Virus record (IMG/VR): IMGVR_UViG_3300012942_000058
Coordinates: 1-51,183 of that record
Strand: one strand, 5' to 3'
Length of the DNA stretch: 51,183 bases
From: a virus
Lineage: Duplodnaviria; Caudoviricetes
In this document: one piece after another, positions 8,671 to 16,652 of the stretch
How the letters are laid out: every line of letters starts with the position of its first letter
Position numbering within the stretch: the stretch's first letter is position 1
Position numbers and translations under genes: made by a program
The notes under the pieces: model-generated
Databases searched by the model: none
Seen by the model: the letters and a program-made list of their open reading frames with translations, nothing else
Told to the model about the DNA's origin: nothing

Positions 8671-8832
8671 ATGGCGCCAAGAGACAGCAACGAGCGCATG
8701 GGCTGGTCCGACGGCGACGTGATCCCGCTGGACGCCGACGAGATGGTTCAGCTGCCCGAGGGATACGACGTCGGTCCCTGGGCTGAGGCCGAGGACCTGA
8801 CCCCGGCAGACGACGAAGGAGACGACGAATGA
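8671..8832 (+). CDS. Small acidic protein downstream of ART2
   Basis: 53 aa from ATG 8671 with GGAG SD; 'NERMGWSDGDVIPL', D/E-rich. Confidence 0.6.
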   Translation: MAPRDSNERMGWSDGDVIPLDADEMVQLPEGYDVGPWAEAEDLTPADDEGDDE

Positions 8833-9146
8833 GCAGTGGTGGCGTTCAGGCGGTTCGCGATGTCGACCGCGAGGCACTCATCGAGGCACTGTCGGGCGGC
8901 GGTGGCGGAGGCTCGGGCCTCACAGACACCCAGCTGCGGGCCTCCCCGGTCCCCGTCAGCGGACCGCTGACCAGCGCGAACCTGACGGCGGTGACGGGCA
9001 CGGCAGCCCAGACTGCCGTGACGACCGATCCGGCCGCTGCGGGACAGACGATGCTGTCCGTCATGCGCGGCATTCTGGCGGAGCTGCAGACGCAGACAGC
9101 TCTACTGAACGACATCAAGACCAACACCGCTGGTGCTGGCGTATAG
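8829..9146 (+). CDS. Hypothetical protein, probably virion-associated
   Basis: ATGA overlap; Gly linker then 'LTDTQLRASPVPVSGPLT'. Confidence 0.6.
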   Translation: MSSGGVQAVRDVDREALIEALSGGGGGGSGLTDTQLRASPVPVSGPLTSANLTAVTGTAAQTAVTTDPAAAGQTMLSVMRGILAELQTQTALLNDIKTNTAGAGV

Positions 9147-9163
9147 TCTCCCATGGTGGGAGC

Positions 9164-9237
9164 TCGGCTGGCAGTGCCGCCGACAACCGCTCGTGCCAGT
9201 GGCCGGGCAAGCAAGAGGAGAGGTGTCAGTGACCCTC
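9164..9237 (+). promoter_or_regulatory. Three tandem bulged CAGUG-loop hairpins in the scaffold leader; the third contains the GTG start
   Basis: tcggc-T-gg-CAGTG-cc-gccga; ctcg-T-gc-CAGTG-gc-cggg; gagg-T-gt-CAGTG-ac-cctc. Confidence 0.75.
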
Positions 9238-10080
9238 AGAGCAGTAGTAGACTCCCTCGACGACATTCCCGAGGGGCTTCGCGACGAGTACGTCGAGCAC
9301 AACGGAAAGTTCTACCTGGACCTGGACGACACTCTGTCGGTCCACACCAGCATCGTTCCGCTGTCGACGGCTCTGGCCAACGCCAAGAAGGAGAAGCAGC
9401 GGGCGCAGAACGACTACAATGCGCTCAGGACCCGCATCGCGGGGCTGCCGGACGACTTCGATGCCGACAAGTACCAGCAGGTGCTAGACGAGCTGGAGAC
9501 GCTGCGTGCGGACCCGAACGGGGACCACGATGCGGAGGCCAAGCTGACCACCCTGCGCGACAAGTACGAGCAGCGTCTGCGCGACGCGGAGGCCAAGCGC
9601 GTGGCTGACCTCGCCGAGAAGGACGGAGTCATCGACTCCCTCGGTGGCGAGCTGGACGGCGCAGCGGCCAAGCGCGGCCTGTCCGACGCACTCGCCAAGG
9701 CAGGCATCGACCCGAAGTTCATGGCTGCTGCTCAGGCGCTCCTGCGCCCGACCGTCAAGGTCCGCAAGAACGAGACGACCGGCGACCGCGAGGCCGTCGT
9801 GGACACCGACCTCGGCGAGGTGACGGTGGAGAAGTACGTCGAGAACTGGGCCAAGTCCGACGAGGGCAAGCCGTTTGTGCTTCCCTCCAAGGGCAGCGGT
9901 GCCCCCGGATCGGGCCACACTGGCCGGACCGAGGTCAATCCGTGGGCCAAGGACACGCTCAACCTCACCGAGCAGGGCCGGGTCATCCAGTCCGATCGGG
10001 CGAAGGCCGAGCGCCTCATGAAGGCTGCGGGCAAGACCGCAGACGAGATCTCTCGGGTCCTGGGCCGCGCAGCGGCCTGA
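9229..10080 (+). CDS. Capsid scaffolding protein
   Basis: GTG at 9229 after AGGAG; 'LRAVVDSLDDIPE...Y...GKFYLDL', coiled coil, 'GSGA', 'NPWAKDTLNLTEQG'; precedes the capsid gene. Confidence 0.8.
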   Translation: MTLRAVVDSLDDIPEGLRDEYVEHNGKFYLDLDDTLSVHTSIVPLSTALANAKKEKQRAQNDYNALRTRIAGLPDDFDADKYQQVLDELETLRADPNGDHDAEAKLTTLRDKYEQRLRDAEAKRVADLAEKDGVIDSLGGELDGAAAKRGLSDALAKAGIDPKFMAAAQALLRPTVKVRKNETTGDREAVVDTDLGEVTVEKYVENWAKSDEGKPFVLPSKGSGAPGSGHTGRTEVNPWAKDTLNLTEQGRVIQSDRAKAERLMKAAGKTADEISRVLGRAAA

Positions 10081-10121
10081 TCCGGGAGGAAAAGGACGAC
10101 CAGCTCGTCCCGAGCAGGGAG

Positions 10122-10185
10122 CCCTGCTCCTCGTGCCAGTGGCCGGGGAGCGGGGAGACCAACCGGCCGATGTCAGTGACTCGGC
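10122..10185 (+). promoter_or_regulatory. Two bulged CAGUG-loop hairpins in the major capsid leader
   Basis: ccctgctcctcg-T-gc-CAGTG-gc-cggggagcgggg and gccga-T-gt-CAGTG-ac-tcggc. Confidence 0.75.
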
Positions 10186-10231
10186 AGGCTTCACCAGGAA
10201 GTGAAACCAGCCATCTGCAAGGAGAAACGAC

Positions 10232-11185
10232 ATGGCTGCTACCAAGATCGCGGACGTCATCGTCCCCGAAGTCTTCAACCCCTACTCGGTTCAGCGCACC
10301 ACGGAGCTGTCCCGGTTCTATCAGTCCGGCATCATCCAGACGGTGCCCGAGCTGAACGTCCTCGGCCAGAAGGGCGGCACGAGCATCGTGATGCCGTTCT
10401 GGAAGGACCTGACCGGCGTCGAGGAGATCCTGTCCGACACCACTCCGCTGGGCGTCGACAAGATCACCTCGGCCACGGACGTCGCGGTGCTTCACGCACG
10501 CGGCAAGGCCTGGGGCGTCAACGACCTCGCCGAGGCGCTGTCGGGCGACGACCCGATGGCCGAGATCGGCTCCATGACGGGCGACTACTGGGCCCGTCGC
10601 TGGCAGGCGATGATCCTGTCCATCCTCAAGGGCATCTTCGCCTCGGGCGACCTCGCCTCCAACCAGCTGAACATCTCGGCTACCGGAGACGGCGTCATCA
10701 ACGGCGACGCAGTGGTCGACGCCCTGTACAAGCTGGGCGACGCCTCGTCCCGCCTGACGGGCTTCGCCATGCACTCGGCCACGGTTGCCACTCTCGTCAA
10801 GCAGGGTCTCATCGACTTCCGCAACGACGCCGACGGCAACCCGACCCTGCCCTACTACATGGGCAAGGCCGTCATCGAGGACGACTCGATGCCGACGGCT
10901 GGTGGCGTCTACACCTCCTACCTGTTCGGCGCTGGCGCCTTCGGGTATGGGGAGGGCAACGCCCCGGTCCCGACCGAGACCGACCGCGACTCGCTCCAGG
11001 GCGACGACATCCTCATCAACCGGCGTCACTTCGTCATGCACCCGCGTGGCGTGGCCTGGATCGGAACGCCCACCGGCGTCTCCCCGACCAACGCCGAGCT
11101 GGAGGATGGCGACAACTGGGAGCGTCGCTACGATCCGAAGAACATCCGGATCGTGCAGCTCGTCCACCGCAACGTTCCGGCGTGA
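10232..11185 (+). CDS. Major capsid protein
   Basis: 'TKIADVIVPEVFNPY', 'MPFWKDL', 'RGKAWG', 'AMHSAT', 'RRHFVMHPRG'; AAGGAG SD; biased codon use. Confidence 0.9.
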   Translation: MAATKIADVIVPEVFNPYSVQRTTELSRFYQSGIIQTVPELNVLGQKGGTSIVMPFWKDLTGVEEILSDTTPLGVDKITSATDVAVLHARGKAWGVNDLAEALSGDDPMAEIGSMTGDYWARRWQAMILSILKGIFASGDLASNQLNISATGDGVINGDAVVDALYKLGDASSRLTGFAMHSATVATLVKQGLIDFRNDADGNPTLPYYMGKAVIEDDSMPTAGGVYTSYLFGAGAFGYGEGNAPVPTETDRDSLQGDDILINRRHFVMHPRGVAWIGTPTGVSPTNAELEDGDNWERRYDPKNIRIVQLVHRNVPA

Positions 11186-11195
11186 GCTCTCGCCT

Positions 11196-11222
11196 GGGAG
11201 GCGATCGTGCTGGTCGCCTCCC
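11196..11222 (+). terminator. Stem-loop after the capsid gene (no U-tract; partial terminator or mRNA stabiliser)
   Basis: gggaggcgatc...ggtcgcctccc inverted repeat. Confidence 0.4.
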
Positions 11223-11246
11223 TCCCCCTAACAGGAGAACACTGAC

Positions 11247-11480
11247 ATGGCTCTCTTCAAGCGGGGCAAGATCGGCTCGCGCAGTCTGGACAAGGCTCTC
11301 GCGGGCGGTGTGCCCCTCCCGACGTACACGGTTGCGCAGCTGACCACCCTGACCCCTGCCAAGGGCAAGGGGATGCTGGTCTTCTGCTCGAACGGTGCGG
11401 GCGGCTCGCCGTGCCTCGCCTACAGCGACGGCGCATCCTGGAAGCAGGTGGCTCTCGGCAACGCCGTGGCTGCAGCGTAA
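11247..11480 (+). CDS. Small virion/head decoration-like protein
   Basis: 77 aa 'LPTYTVAQL...GMLVFCSNG...LAYSDGASW'; AGGAG SD. Confidence 0.65.
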   Translation: MALFKRGKIGSRSLDKALAGGVPLPTYTVAQLTTLTPAKGKGMLVFCSNGAGGSPCLAYSDGASWKQVALGNAVAAA

Positions 11481-11491
11481 GGAGGACTCTC

Positions 11492-12169
11492 ATGGGTCTC
11501 GCATCCTTCAATCGCGCTCGGCGCTCCCGCAAGGAAGTCGAGAAGCTCGAGGCCGAGCGCTTCGAGCAGAACAACAAGGCTCGCTGGGCAGCCCACCACG
11601 CCCGCGAGAAGCGCCCGGAGGCCGACGACAAGGTCGTCGACAAGGTCCGGAAGGCAGAGCAGGAGGCGTCCGAGGAGATCGGCCGCAAGACTGTTCAGGG
11701 CATCGAGGACGGCGAGAAGGGCGGCATCATCGACGGCCCGCTGCGCCGCGACCACGCTGCCGAGATCGCCGGTCGGGCCGTCGAGGACGCTCAGGGTGTG
11801 CCGAAGAAGCCCACCGAGCTGATCGACGAGCGCATCCCCGACAGCACCGTCAACGAGAAGCTCGCCGACCACACGCAGGTCGACCGCGAGGGTCCGTCGG
11901 CTGCGCTGGTTCGCGATGCTCAGGTCGAGGCTGCTCCGGAGGCCGACAAGGAGTCGGTCAAGAAGCAGCTGGAGGCCGACGCCTCCCGCACGGAGGACAT
12001 CCGTAAGGAGGCCGTGGAGAAGCGCGACGCCCGCATCGCCGAGCAGGCGAAGCAGGAGAGCGAGCTCCCGGCTGCGGGCAAGTCCGCCGGTGCCGGCAAG
12101 ACCGAGAGCTCCTCGTCTGCGAAGCAGGCGGAGAGCAAGCCCGAGACCAAGACTCCGGCCAAGAAGTAA
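11492..12169 (+). CDS. Hypothetical charged head-associated protein
   Basis: Starts MGLASFNRARR at 11492 after AAGGAGG. Confidence 0.7.
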   Translation: MGLASFNRARRSRKEVEKLEAERFEQNNKARWAAHHAREKRPEADDKVVDKVRKAEQEASEEIGRKTVQGIEDGEKGGIIDGPLRRDHAAEIAGRAVEDAQGVPKKPTELIDERIPDSTVNEKLADHTQVDREGPSAALVRDAQVEAAPEADKESVKKQLEADASRTEDIRKEAVEKRDARIAEQAKQESELPAAGKSAGAGKTESSSSAKQAESKPETKTPAKK

Positions 12170-12174
12170 CTGCG

Positions 12175-12405
12175 ATGGCTGGCACCGAGGATCTCGACGT
12201 GCCAGCCATCAACCTCGGTCGTCGTCTCGCAATCCGCGAGGACGACGCTGTCGGTGACATCCGCATGCTCCTCGACATCGATGGGGACGAGACGGACGAG
12301 ACCGACGAGGCAGTGGTGGCGGTGGTGGAGTGGCAGGATGATCACACCTGGAGCGTTGTTGTGATCGGCGACTACGAGTTCGGGAGTCCGAAGACATGCC
12401 ACTGA
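12175..12405 (+). CDS. Hypothetical acidic protein
   Basis: 76-aa ORF filling the gap; 'LLDIDGDETDETDEAVVAVV'. Confidence 0.6.
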   Translation: MAGTEDLDVPAINLGRRLAIREDDAVGDIRMLLDIDGDETDETDEAVVAVVEWQDDHTWSVVVIGDYEFGSPKTCH

Positions 12406-12938
12406 TCGTAGAGGACGGCACCGGAAAGGCCGGTGCCAACGCATACCAGTCGGCAGCCGAGGTGGCCGCATACGCTGCCGATCACGCGCTGCCGTGGGCT
12501 CCGACCAGCGACGCCGCTGGCGAGGCCGCGCTACGCAACGCAGCCACGTGGATGGACGCCACGTTCCGCACTCGCCTTCCGGGTGCGCGTCTCAAGGGCC
12601 GAGCCCAGGGTCTGGAGTGGCCCCGGCGCGACGCCACGGACGCCTCCGGCGAGGAGCTGCCGTCCGACGAGGTTCCGGCCGAGTGGCTGTCCGCATGCGC
12701 CGAGGTCGCCACGCGTCTCCTGCTGCGGCCCGGCTCCTTGTCCCCCGACGTGGTCGTGGGCAAGGTGAAGCGGTCCGTGTCGGTGTCCGGAGCTGTCTCC
12801 GTGACCTACGCCGACGACGGCGACATTGTGGGCTCCCAGCGCCCGGTCCTGACCATGGTGGAGGACCTGCTGAGCGGCCTGCTGGGCGACAATCTGCAGA
12901 CCGGAAGGTCTGTTGTCAAGTTCCTGCGCAGGGCCTGA
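12396..12938 (+). CDS. Head-tail adaptor (DnaT-like family)
   Basis: 'MPLIVEDGTG...ANAY', 'QGLEWPR', 'EVP...ACAE'. Confidence 0.85.
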   Translation: MPLIVEDGTGKAGANAYQSAAEVAAYAADHALPWAPTSDAAGEAALRNAATWMDATFRTRLPGARLKGRAQGLEWPRRDATDASGEELPSDEVPAEWLSACAEVATRLLLRPGSLSPDVVVGKVKRSVSVSGAVSVTYADDGDIVGSQRPVLTMVEDLLSGLLGDNLQTGRSVVKFLRRA

Positions 12939-12939
12939 C

Positions 12940-13335
12940 ATGAGCGACGCATTCTACTCCGAGATGGCCGACATCGCCGACGAGCTCCTGACGGAGTTCT
13001 CGACCGGCACAGTCGTCCTCGTGCGCCGGACACGCGCCGCCGGAGCAGAGATCTGGACGCCCGGCGCGAGAACCGAGACCCGATACGACTGTGTCGGCGC
13101 GGTCGCGATCCCTGCCGGCAAGACGTTCGTCGGCAGCACCACTGTCGTGGCCAGCGACACCATGGTCGTTCTCTCCCCGCGCTTCGTGCCCGAGGGCGGG
13201 GACTCCCCGGTCGCCCTGGAGCCGACGATGGACGACAGGTTCGTGGTGCGTGGGCGCGAGCGCACCCCGAAGCAGATGCTTCGTGTGCCGGACGACGGCC
13301 CGGTCGTCGTATGGAAGATCGCACTGGAGAGCTGA
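12940..13335 (+). CDS. Head closure / head-tail joining protein
   Basis: 'FYSEMADIADELLTEF'; position in the connector module. Confidence 0.7.
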   Translation: MSDAFYSEMADIADELLTEFSTGTVVLVRRTRAAGAEIWTPGARTETRYDCVGAVAIPAGKTFVGSTTVVASDTMVVLSPRFVPEGGDSPVALEPTMDDRFVVRGRERTPKQMLRVPDDGPVVVWKIALES

Positions 13336-13337
13336 AG

Positions 13338-14408
13338 ATGGCCGACAGGACGTATCTCGAGCAGCTGCTGGACGACATGGAGCCGGCGATGCGGGAGGCA
13401 TTCCTGCAGGCGCTGCGCGACATCTCCAGTCAGGTTGTTCTCAGGGCACTGGTGGATCGCCTCGCCGCAGGAGATCTGGACGGAGCTGCCTCGGTGTTCG
13501 GTCTGGAGCCCGAGGTGTTCTCTGGCGTCGCCGACGCGCAGGAGACGACCTATCGGGATGCTGGCGTGCTGGTGGCCGACGCCCAGCGCGTGGTCCGCAC
13601 TCCCGAGGGTGCTCGGCTGGTGCTCCGGTTCAACGTGCGCAACCCGAGAGCCGAGGAGTGGCTGCGGACGGAGTCGTCCCGCCTCGTTCTTGGCCTGAGC
13701 CGCACGGCGAAGAAGACTGTTCGCGCTGCTCTCTCCGCCGGCATGGAGCGTGGCCTCAACCCGAAGACCACCGCGCTCGACGTGGTGGGTCGCGTGTCGG
13801 CCCAGACGGGGCGTCGGGAGGGAGGAGTGCTGGGACTCACGCCCACGCAGCTCGGCTACGTGGAGCGCGCCCGCGCAGAGCTCCTCAGCGGCGACCCTGC
13901 GGCCCTGCGGCGGTATCTGGGGCGTCAGCGGCGCGACGCCCGGTTCGACGCCCGCGTGCGCCGGGCCATCGAGAGCGGGAAGCCGCTCCTGGCCGACGAC
14001 GTGAGAAGGATGATCGGTCGGTACTCCGACCGCCTGCTCCAGCTGCGCGGCGAGACCATCGCCCGCACGGAGACCATTCTGGCTCTGCACGCAGGCCAGG
14101 AGGAGGCCATGCGGCAGGGCATCGAGTCCGGCAAGATTGCGGAGGACGACATCGAGAAGATCTGGCACCATGTTGCCGACTCTCGTGTTCGCCACTCTCA
14201 CGTGCTGCTCGGCGGCAAGCATGTTCCGTACAGCGAGGCCTTCGTCTCGCCCATCAGCGGCGCCAGGATGATGTATCCGGGCGACACGAAGACCGACCCG
14301 ACCCGCATCACTGGCGCGGACACCATCAACTGCCGCTGTCACGCGGAGTACAGGGTGGACTACGTCGGTGCGGCCGCGCGCCGGTTCAGGGCGAGGCAGA
14401 AGACATGA
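13338..14408 (+). CDS. Phage MuF / minor head morphogenesis protein
   Basis: 'RGETIARTE', 'KIW...DSRVRHSH', 'MYPGD', 'INCRC'. Confidence 0.9.
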   Translation: MADRTYLEQLLDDMEPAMREAFLQALRDISSQVVLRALVDRLAAGDLDGAASVFGLEPEVFSGVADAQETTYRDAGVLVADAQRVVRTPEGARLVLRFNVRNPRAEEWLRTESSRLVLGLSRTAKKTVRAALSAGMERGLNPKTTALDVVGRVSAQTGRREGGVLGLTPTQLGYVERARAELLSGDPAALRRYLGRQRRDARFDARVRRAIESGKPLLADDVRRMIGRYSDRLLQLRGETIARTETILALHAGQEEAMRQGIESGKIAEDDIEKIWHHVADSRVRHSHVLLGGKHVPYSEAFVSPISGARMMYPGDTKTDPTRITGADTINCRCHAEYRVDYVGAAARRFRARQKT

Positions 14409-14875
14409 CGACTGGTCCGTTCACTGCCTCGATCGAGGGCTGGGTGGCCGAGGAGCGGGAGCTCCTGCTGGCCGTCGTGCAGAGCTCGGCGCAGGACATC
14501 GTGCGCGAGATCAAGCGCCCCATCCGGGACGGCGGCAACATGCCGGTCGACACCTCGTTCCTGCAGCAGTCGCTACAGGCGTCGACCGAGAGCGCACCGG
14601 AGATCGACCCGACCCACGACGGGTCTCAGGGGCCGTCCTCGGCCAACGCAGCCGCCATAGAGGCGGTGATCGCGGGCCTCGAGATCGGCCAGACCATCTA
14701 CTTCGGCTTCACGGCGGTGTATGCCCTGAGGCAGAACTATGGCTTCTACGGAGTGGACACCCTCGGGCGCGCATACTCGCAGCCGGGGCGCTACTTCGTG
14801 GAGCACGCCATGGCCAAGTGGCCGCAGATCGTCGAGAACAATCAGCGTCGCCTCGCGGCGAACATAGTGTTCTGA
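14405..14875 (+). CDS. Tail completion protein (HK97 gp10-like)
   Basis: 'GGNMPVDTSFL..S', 'GFTAVYA..QNYG', 'KWPQIV'. Confidence 0.75.
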   Translation: MTTGPFTASIEGWVAEERELLLAVVQSSAQDIVREIKRPIRDGGNMPVDTSFLQQSLQASTESAPEIDPTHDGSQGPSSANAAAIEAVIAGLEIGQTIYFGFTAVYALRQNYGFYGVDTLGRAYSQPGRYFVEHAMAKWPQIVENNQRRLAANIVF

Positions 14876-14882
14876 GGGCAGC

Positions 14883-15308
14883 ATGACCGGCACCACACCA
14901 GAGGGACGCATCCTGGCTGCGCTGCTCCGCCGCACCGAGTCCGCGCCCGGCGCGCTGCCCATGGTGGCCGACAACATCGAGTTCCCTCCGCCCGGCGAGG
15001 ACGCACCGCAGACCTACCTGCTCGTGTCGGTCTCCCCCGGTGCCCCAGAGCGCAGACACATCGACCCGAAGAGCGAGAATCTTCTTCGGGGAGTTCTCGG
15101 CATCGCCGTCATGTCTCCTCTGGACGAGGGGCCGCAGGGCGCGACGGACCTTGCTGGTGCGCTGGCCGCGTGGCTGGACGGCGAGGACCTGACGGAGGAC
15201 GGCACGAGAGTGCGTATAGTCTCCCGACCCCGAGTGGTCGGGGGCTACAAGGATCGCGATCGCTGGAGGACACCAGTTGTCGCGGAGTACGAGGCAACTG
15301 GTGTTTAA
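14883..15308 (+). CDS. Tail terminator-like protein
   Basis: 'NIEFPPP', size and position directly before the tail tube gene. Confidence 0.7.
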   Translation: MTGTTPEGRILAALLRRTESAPGALPMVADNIEFPPPGEDAPQTYLLVSVSPGAPERRHIDPKSENLLRGVLGIAVMSPLDEGPQGATDLAGALAAWLDGEDLTEDGTRVRIVSRPRVVGGYKDRDRWRTPVVAEYEATGV

Positions 15309-15331
15309 CAAGAGCTGACAAGGAGATCGAG

Positions 15332-15820
15332 ATGCTCTACCCTGTATCCGGATGCAAGTTCTACATTGGCGGCGCAGTCGAGGAGAAGGACACGGCCTGG
15401 GTGGCTGCGGACTTCACCGCGCAGGCCTGGAAGGAGGTGAAGAAGTGGACGCAGATGGGGCCGATCGGTCCGGCTGCGCAGCTGATCACGTCCGACATCA
15501 TCGGCGAGGAGTACACGAAGAAGGCTAAGGGCACCCGCAACAACGGGTCCATGCAGAACGTCTTCGACGTGGACAACCTCGACGAGGGCCAGATTGCTCT
15601 GCTGGCTGCCGAGCAGACCCGCAACAACTACGCATTCCGCGTGGTTCTCAACGATGCGCCCGTCGCCGGCACTGCGCCTGCGCCGTCCGAGCGGCTGTTC
15701 ATCGGCCTCGTCATGTCTGCTCAGGAGCAGGGTGGCGGCGCCAACACGGTCCAGGCCCTCAACGCCACGGTCGAGATCAACTCGAACATCGTTCGGGTGG
15801 CCGCGACGGCTGGTGCCTGA
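15332..15820 (+). CDS. Major tail tube protein
   Basis: AAGGAG SD; 'KKAKGTRNNGS', 'DEGQIALLAAE', 'NYAFRVVLND'. Confidence 0.85.
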   Translation: MLYPVSGCKFYIGGAVEEKDTAWVAADFTAQAWKEVKKWTQMGPIGPAAQLITSDIIGEEYTKKAKGTRNNGSMQNVFDVDNLDEGQIALLAAEQTRNNYAFRVVLNDAPVAGTAPAPSERLFIGLVMSAQEQGGGANTVQALNATVEINSNIVRVAATAGA

Positions 15821-15858
15821 GTAGACCGAGCCCGAGAACCCAGCCAACGGAGATCATC

Positions 15859-16332
15859 ATGGCTAAGAACGAAGATCAGGCGGCTCCTGCCGAGAGCAAG
15901 GCTGCCGACAAGAAGGGCGGCGATCTCGCCAAGTACGACGAGATGCAGAAGAACCAGGAGGCGGGTCGCGATGTTCCCATCGTCGATCCGCACGGACGCC
16001 GGATCATGACCATCAAGATCGCGGGTCCGGACTCCAAGCGCCAGAAGGACGCGATCGAGCGGCTCGTCAAGGAGCGTATCGACGCCAACGAGACCGAGCC
16101 GCTGGACACCTACCAGCGCGAGCTGCGTCAGGTACGTGGCCTTGCCATGGCCACCATCTCCTGGGACCCCATCGTTCTCGATGGGCGAGAGGTGACCTAC
16201 TCCGAGGAGAACGCGACGCGCCTCTACCAGCGCTTTCCGTTCATCCGCGAGCAGGTGGAGGCTGCTGCTGGGTCGCGTGCCGGTTTTTTGAAGCTCTCCG
16301 AGCAGGACTCCTCCGCTCTGTCCGCAGAGTAG
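15859..16332 (+). CDS. Tail assembly chaperone (gpG-like)
   Basis: 'IAGPDSK', 'YSEENATRLY..FPFIREQV'; slippery site near the 3' end. Confidence 0.85.
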   Translation: MAKNEDQAAPAESKAADKKGGDLAKYDEMQKNQEAGRDVPIVDPHGRRIMTIKIAGPDSKRQKDAIERLVKERIDANETEPLDTYQRELRQVRGLAMATISWDPIVLDGREVTYSEENATRLYQRFPFIREQVEAAAGSRAGFLKLSEQDSSALSAE

Positions 16333-16637
16333 CGAGAGGCCTGCCGCCCCGGCCTCCCTCGGCTGGGGAGCACATCCTGGAGTACTTTCTCCAGCTCGTG
16401 CCGGTGCGACGCCCCATTCCTCAGGTGGGGTACGCACCGCTCGACTATGTCCAGATAGACGCCTGGAGGCGTCTTCTGGACATACAGCTCCGGCCCTGGG
16501 AGGCGACCATGCTGATAGCCATGGACGCCGAGCTCAGGCGCGTCAAGGAGGACTCTGGTCCTCCCAGCTCCCCCACTGGCGAGACGGTCAGCTCCCGACC
16601 GCTCTCTGCTCCTCTGTTCGACGCCCTGTTCGGGTAG
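16284..16637 (+). CDS. -1 frameshift extension of the tail chaperone (gpGT-like)
   Basis: T-TTT-TTG heptamer at 16284-16290; -1 frame open to TAG at 16637 and includes 'PLDYVQIDAW...LRPWE...MD'. Confidence 0.8.
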   Translation, partial: FFEALRAGLLRSVRRVARGLPPRPPSAGEHILEYFLQLVPVRRPIPQVGYAPLDYVQIDAWRRLLDIQLRPWEATMLIAMDAELRRVKEDSGPPSSPTGETVSSRPLSAPLFDALFG

Positions 16638-16652
16638 CGAGGTGAACCACCC

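Noticed and set aside
9133-9228. ORF-track N-terminal extensions of scaffold, portal (3700), ART1 (5558), tail tube (15170), J (21749) and ssb (43862)
   Set aside because: Downstream starts have SDs or stop-start coupling; the extensions overlap other genes or structured leaders
9164-9237. True iron-responsive elements
   Set aside because: The CAGUG loop matches, but an IRE needs a 5-bp upper stem and a bulged C; here it is 2 bp and a bulged U, so it is reported as a distinct motif
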